Source: Minisyncoccota bacterium | GTDB lineage: Bacteria; Patescibacteriota; Minisyncoccia; Phycocordibacterales; UBA2100 | Length of the DNA: 64,000 nt | Assembly: GCA_031291875.1 (NCBI GenBank) | Contig: JARLIE010000183.1 | Location: 129,356 to 193,355, forward strand | Direction: 5' to 3' | Shown: one piece after another, positions 59,554-64,000 of the stretch | Position numbering within the stretch: position 1 is the stretch's first letter | Layout: each line of letters starts with the position of its first letter | The notes under the pieces: generated by a model | The model's input: the letters and a program-made list of their open reading frames with translations, nothing else | What the model was told of the DNA's origin: nothing | Database searches by the model: none | Translations under genes and position numbers: made by a program

Positions 59554-60801
59554 TTACGAGACCGCCACCTTATCGATCGCGTAAATTTCTTTCATCGTGT
59601 AGTGCTCGGAGAACGTTGCGTTGTTGCCGTCGGAAAAATACGGATCCTTGATCGTGTAGTTGCCCTTGCTGCCGCTCATGAGTACGACAAAGTGCGTACC
59701 GCCGAGGGCGTGGAGACCGACGATGACCGGATTGCCGGAGGCGAGCGTTGCGTCGATCGTGGCAGCTTTGCGAGTGGCCGTCATGCCGCCCGCATTGATC
59801 ATGAGGAGCAGATACGCCGGCTCGTAGGCGGCAAAATTCGATGAATTACTATTGATCGTTTCGGGTGTCACGCCGCGTGCGCCGTAATGTGTCATCACCA
59901 TTGCCATCGCGGTAACAAGGCAGCCGTCGCTTTTCATCGTGTACTGCGTACCATTGAGCGCTTCATTGCCCCACTGCGAATCGCGCTGGTTGTAATAACA
60001 TCCCCAAGTATCGCAGGCGGTCAGGTTGGAAAGAATTCCCGAACCTCCGGCGTTTTGTGAAAAGTTGGAAAAGCTCTCGAGCTGCGCTTCGGCTTGTGCG
60101 AGGAGCTGCTGATACTTGGACTCTTGCGCGTTGGTCTGCGTAAGCAGTTGCTGTTTTTGCTGCGCCGTCGCGACGACGGATGCCTGCTGTGAGGCGAGCG
60201 TGCTCTTTTGGGCGACGAGCGCGGTCTGCGTCTGTTTCGTCTGTACCTGTGCGCTCGCAAGGCTACTTTTATGTGAGAGAAGCGACTGCGTCTTGCCCTG
60301 CACCGCCGTGTTCAACTGCGAGAGGTCTTGAAAGTCGTTCCACATGTCAGAAAGTCCCTTCGCGGAGAGCAGCTGCACCGCGAGCGGCTCGCTGTCGACC
60401 TGCGCTTGGATGCGGATGTCATTACCAAGCGCTTGCTGATCAATCTTGATCCCCTGCTGATCACTCGCGATTCCCTTGCCGAGCTGAACGATCTTTGACT
60501 GCGCCGCATTGATTTGAGCTTGCGTGAGCTGCACCTGCGTCTGCAGTTTCTTTTTTTGTAGGTTCAGCGTCGTGATCGCGTTTTGCAGCGTTTTTTTGTT
60601 CGCACCCACCTGCTGCAGAGCAACTTGGTATTGGGCAATCTGTTGATTCAGCTGCACTATCTGCTGCTGTTGTTGCTGTTGTACTTGAGAAGTACCGCTT
60701 GAGGCGATGGAGTTCGACTGTGCGCCCGTGAATACCGGGGCCACGCCAAAGCCAATCATGCCGATGAGCGCGGCGATCGCCGCAAAACGAGCACGGTGCA
60801 T
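59554..60801 (-). CDS. Secreted coiled-coil protein with a C39-like cysteine peptidase domain (PcsB/CwlO-like architecture)
   Basis: Signal peptide, Q-rich coiled coil, YNQ.D..W, GC..TAMAM, HFVV, DP. Confidence 0.83.
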   Translation of the reverse strand: MHRARFAAIAALIGMIGFGVAPVFTGAQSNSIASSGTSQVQQQQQQQIVQLNQQIAQYQVALQQVGANKKTLQNAITTLNLQKKKLQTQVQLTQAQINAAQSKIVQLGKGIASDQQGIKIDQQALGNDIRIQAQVDSEPLAVQLLSAKGLSDMWNDFQDLSQLNTAVQGKTQSLLSHKSSLASAQVQTKQTQTALVAQKSTLASQQASVVATAQQKQQLLTQTNAQESKYQQLLAQAEAQLESFSNFSQNAGGSGILSNLTACDTWGCYYNQRDSQWGNEALNGTQYTMKSDGCLVTAMAMVMTHYGARGVTPETINSNSSNFAAYEPAYLLLMINAGGMTATRKAATIDATLASGNPVIVGLHALGGTHFVVLMSGSKGNYTIKDPYFSDGNNATFSEHYTMKEIYAIDKVAVS

Positions 60802-60908
60802 GTCTCTATATACATACACTGGTAGTCCGAGTATTACAATAACTTTTTTCATGTTCGGACCTTCGCGTTCATGAACTCGCGCAACGCGCGACCAGACGTG
60901 TCGCGCAA

Positions 60909-62024
60909 TTACCTGCCACTACTGTTGAGATCGACACCGAATGATTGATCGGCGGTATCGATAAAGGTGTCTTTGTCCTGGATGATCGCTTGTGGAATGA
61001 GTTCCGCCGATTTTGTCACCATACCCGGCATCTTTTTGACCGCTGTGCCGACGGCAAGAAATTCGATGAGTCCACTCCCCAACTGGAAGATGCAGGTTTT
61101 GACGCCAACGACTTCGTCCGCGCCGATTTCTTCCGCTTCTTTGTTGATGATCGCGAGTGCTTCTTCGCGTGCGTCGTAAATCAGCGTCGTGAGTTCGTTG
61201 ATTTCTCCACGAGCGAACGATTTGAGGAACGAGGTAACACCTCCGACAAACCCGAGCGAGTACACCGATGTACCAAGCAGCAGGCGCATCGGCGCATACC
61301 CCATCTTGGTGAGATTCCACATCTCCTGGCAGGTAAGATCGCTCGTGACGATGTCACTACCAAGCGCCGGGTTGTGCGAGGCGGTGCCGACCATCAGCAT
61401 TTCGTGATAGCCGCTGGTGCTCACCGGTAAAATTGTCGTTTCGATCCCGACGACGGCGTTCACATTGCCTGTTTTCTTCGCGGAATCGACGATGCGTGAG
61501 AGCGCAAGGTTTCTCGTTTGATTGAAGATGTTCGAATACTCTTTGATCTCGCCGCGCGCGAGGGTCTTGAGTCCGCCGATGATGCCGCGCGTGATGCCGA
61601 TCGAATATGCGACGTTGCCGAAAACGAATTGCTTCGGGGTGTAGCCGGCGTCGATCTGGCAATAGAGCTCCTGGCCATCGGCCGATGTGGTGAAAAATTC
61701 TCCGTTGCCGTGGAGCGAGGAGCCGATGGAGAGAAACTCGATATTGGTACCGTGATCAACGAGGGAGCTGTCGACACCTGTCACACCGTTTGCGCCGTGC
61801 GATTCGGCCTCCTTTACCAGACGATCGTAGGCGCTCTCGCGGCCGTCCTCGATTAGTTTGGTGATTTGTGAAATTTCTCCGCCGACGACGGCCCGGACTC
61901 CGGAGCCGATACTATTGATCAAGCCGAGCGAATAGACACTGTTGCCAATCGCGATGTTCCCCGCTTTGTAACCGACTTTATCCAAACAATACATTTCGTG
62001 CCCCGAAAGGCCTGTGGTTGCCAT
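60909..62024 (-). CDS. Tandem YbjQ-like (UPF0145, putative heavy-metal-binding) protein
   Basis: Three internal repeats of E...L...GY.....G..VYS.G....GEI.....R..A......A....GA..V.GV. Confidence 0.82.
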   Translation of the reverse strand: MATTGLSGHEMYCLDKVGYKAGNIAIGNSVYSLGLINSIGSGVRAVVGGEISQITKLIEDGRESAYDRLVKEAESHGANGVTGVDSSLVDHGTNIEFLSIGSSLHGNGEFFTTSADGQELYCQIDAGYTPKQFVFGNVAYSIGITRGIIGGLKTLARGEIKEYSNIFNQTRNLALSRIVDSAKKTGNVNAVVGIETTILPVSTSGYHEMLMVGTASHNPALGSDIVTSDLTCQEMWNLTKMGYAPMRLLLGTSVYSLGFVGGVTSFLKSFARGEINELTTLIYDAREEALAIINKEAEEIGADEVVGVKTCIFQLGSGLIEFLAVGTAVKKMPGMVTKSAELIPQAIIQDKDTFIDTADQSFGVDLNSSGR

Positions 62025-62033
62025 AGGGAAAGT

Positions 62034-63713
62034 TTACCACGCAGTCGTAAGGCGAAGGAAAAACTGTATGAAAGCCTCAGGTACTGCAAGGACGGCAGCG
62101 GCAAAATCTGGATTTATGAATGAAAGTTTAGTCGATGTCGCGACGATGGTCTGTGTCTGCAATACCTTGCTAGAGGTCGCATACGTCATCACCAGACTCG
62201 CCTTATAGGTACCGACGCGTTGATACGTGTGTGTGGTTGAAAATTGAATGGGCTTGCAGTATTTAGAAGGGAGCGAAATTTTATACGATCCATTGTCGCC
62301 GAACTGCAAAACAAAAATCGCTGGAGTGCAGGATTTTACGGTATTCACTGCGCCAGTAACATGCACTTGAAGCGGTGCGGGTCCTGCTTGCGGCACTACG
62401 TTAAAGTAATCAATCAAGGTACTCGAGGCACTCGCGACGACGGTAGTTGTGGCGTTCGACGTCGACGCGGCAGCGAGAGTGTCGGGTATGGAAATACTTG
62501 TGGAGCCTAAACTACTAGAATCAGTACTTTGAATACTCTGCACAATCGGCGGAAGTGGGAGGAGCGGAACATTTGTCCTAGTCATATGTACGTTGGTACC
62601 GAACCCCGAAAAACTAGCGCCACTTACCCAATCTGCATCTGACGTTGCGGATGACCCAAATGTGTTTGGTGACCAAATCAAATGTGCGCCCGCTCCGGCA
62701 AGATCAGTGAACGTCTGCGCATCGTTCGCGAAGCTGTCTCCAAGGAGAGTAGTGGTTACGGCATAGCGAGTATCCGAAGGCACGACTGTGCCGTCGAGCT
62801 CGAAGAAGTATGCTTTGCCTTTTGGAATCACGATTGGCGTGTCTGGTACGATCCGAAGCGTGCCCGAGCTCGCGTCGAGCGGTGCGTCGTTTACTAAGTT
62901 CCCGAGCGCGGAAGTGGTCGCGGCGATGGTATATGCCGGGTCCATATATGCGTACAAATTGACGTTGCTTACATCAACGCTGGTCGTCGCTATCGCGAAA
63001 GAGATTTGCGCGATCGATATATCATTTTGGGAACCTGCATATATTCCAAACCGCATGAGGCGGCCGTCTGCTACGTCTGAGACAGGAAGTGAAGCGGTAT
63101 CAGGCAACATCCTCGGCAGTGACGGTATGCCGATAGCGGCGGTTCCTGTCGCGAGAACGACGCCTTCGGTTGAAAGCAAGGTTTGATAGGTTCCAACCGA
63201 GAGTGTAGGGGCAGTAACCGACCACCTACCCTCTAGAGTGGGGACATGATCGTCTTGAAATACAACTTCACCTAAGGTGTCTCGAATGCTCAAAGAAAGA
63301 GGTGTTGCGAGGTTCACCGCAGTTCCTGAAAACGTTGGCGCAGCTGACAGTGACAGGAAGGCCGGCGTATCAAAACTGGCCGTAACGTCAATCAGGCAGG
63401 TTGCGACTATCGCCGCGCTTGTAGACGCGGTCATCGTTCCGGTCGAAACCACTCCGTTCTCCGCTTGGAATCTCTCAAGTGCAGTTGCTGTTTTTTGACC
63501 GAAATAACCGGTGATCATGACCGGTGTGTCCGTGCTCATACTCGAAAGGAATTGCTGAAGCTTAGAAACTTCGCCTTCGGTAGTTTGATCGCTTGCTCCG
63601 AGGCTCAGCGGATGCACCAGCTGCGGACACGATGAAGTACTGGACGCCTGTGCTACTACGGGAACCGAAGCAATGAGCATACATCCGAGCGCCCCCCACT
63701 CGTGTCGTTTCAT
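62034..63713 (-). CDS. Secreted peptidoglycan-binding plus Ig/PKD domain surface protein
   Basis: L.LG......EV..LQ.FL, TGYFG..T..A...FQ; FGD...HTY...GTY. Confidence 0.82.
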   Translation of the reverse strand: MKRHEWGALGCMLIASVPVVAQASSTSSCPQLVHPLSLGASDQTTEGEVSKLQQFLSSMSTDTPVMITGYFGQKTATALERFQAENGVVSTGTMTASTSAAIVATCLIDVTASFDTPAFLSLSAAPTFSGTAVNLATPLSLSIRDTLGEVVFQDDHVPTLEGRWSVTAPTLSVGTYQTLLSTEGVVLATGTAAIGIPSLPRMLPDTASLPVSDVADGRLMRFGIYAGSQNDISIAQISFAIATTSVDVSNVNLYAYMDPAYTIAATTSALGNLVNDAPLDASSGTLRIVPDTPIVIPKGKAYFFELDGTVVPSDTRYAVTTTLLGDSFANDAQTFTDLAGAGAHLIWSPNTFGSSATSDADWVSGASFSGFGTNVHMTRTNVPLLPLPPIVQSIQSTDSSSLGSTSISIPDTLAAASTSNATTTVVASASSTLIDYFNVVPQAGPAPLQVHVTGAVNTVKSCTPAIFVLQFGDNGSYKISLPSKYCKPIQFSTTHTYQRVGTYKASLVMTYATSSKVLQTQTIVATSTKLSFINPDFAAAVLAVPEAFIQFFLRLTTAW

Positions 63714-63787
63714 ACGCGGAAGTATACCTCGCAACTCAAGCAAAAAACCACCCGAAGGTGGTCTTTTGTTTAAAAAGCTACTCGAGA

Positions 63788-64000
63788 TTAGCGACCTGCT
63801 ACTGCCGTCGCCACCGAAGTGATCGAAGCAAAGGCAGACTTTGCAGCCGTGAATCCTGCTGCAAGTTGAGATTCAGCTTGTCGCACGTTGGTAGCGGTCG
63901 GAGTTTGCAAAGCCGATGTGGCTTTGGCATCCGCCGAGCTGGCAAGCAAGTACTGCGAAGAAGCGCCCTGCAAAGCAGTATTCAACGTATTTGTCGTAAC
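63788..64000 (-). CDS. C-terminal fragment of an A/T/S-rich protein (start lies outside the window)
   Basis: Open frame to the window edge, followed by a terminator hairpin (~63744-63768). Confidence 0.6.
   Translation of the reverse strand, partial: VTTNTLNTALQGASSQYLLASSADAKATSALQTPTATNVRQAESQLAAGFTAAKSAFASITSVATAVAGR

Overview
A 64-kb chromosomal window from a small-genome bacterium. The gene content points to Patescibacteria/CPR, most likely Parcubacteria (Kaiserbacteria/Adlerbacteria-like); this is an inference from secG next to a family-5 solute-binding protein, clusterless MutY, class F sortases, many peptidoglycan-binding/PKD/IPT surface proteins and a lexA-Pol Y cassette. Housekeeping genes include groES/groEL, secG, rnj, mutY, a Nudix hydrolase, ddl, murF, nth, yvcK, metK (with a SAM-I riboswitch), glmS, a cyclophilin, msrB and typA. 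Main findings: (1) a >1365-aa secreted protein, missed by the ORF track because it runs off the left edge, with a Cys-rich head, long low-complexity stalks and an RlpA-type lytic-transglycosylase domain; (2) an ECF sigma/anti-sigma pair heading an FMN-binding protein-ApbE-RnfD/FNR flavinylation module followed by a YHYH protein; (3) a lexA-Pol Y cassette with a GAAC-N4-GTTC operator and a 156-bp palindrome with 30-bp perfect arms filling the spacer; (4) an apparently nuclease-dead SRA-HNH protein between a DEDDh exonuclease and a MazG-like enzyme; (5) a recurring -10 hexamer 6-8 nt before start codons, suggesting leaderless mRNAs, while orphan genes carry Shine-Dalgarno sites; (6) short palindromes embedded in-frame in mutY; (7) a relic sortase sorting signal beside a class F sortase. 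I saw no rRNA, tRNA, CRISPR array or transposase. All family assignments come from reading motifs; no database search was run.
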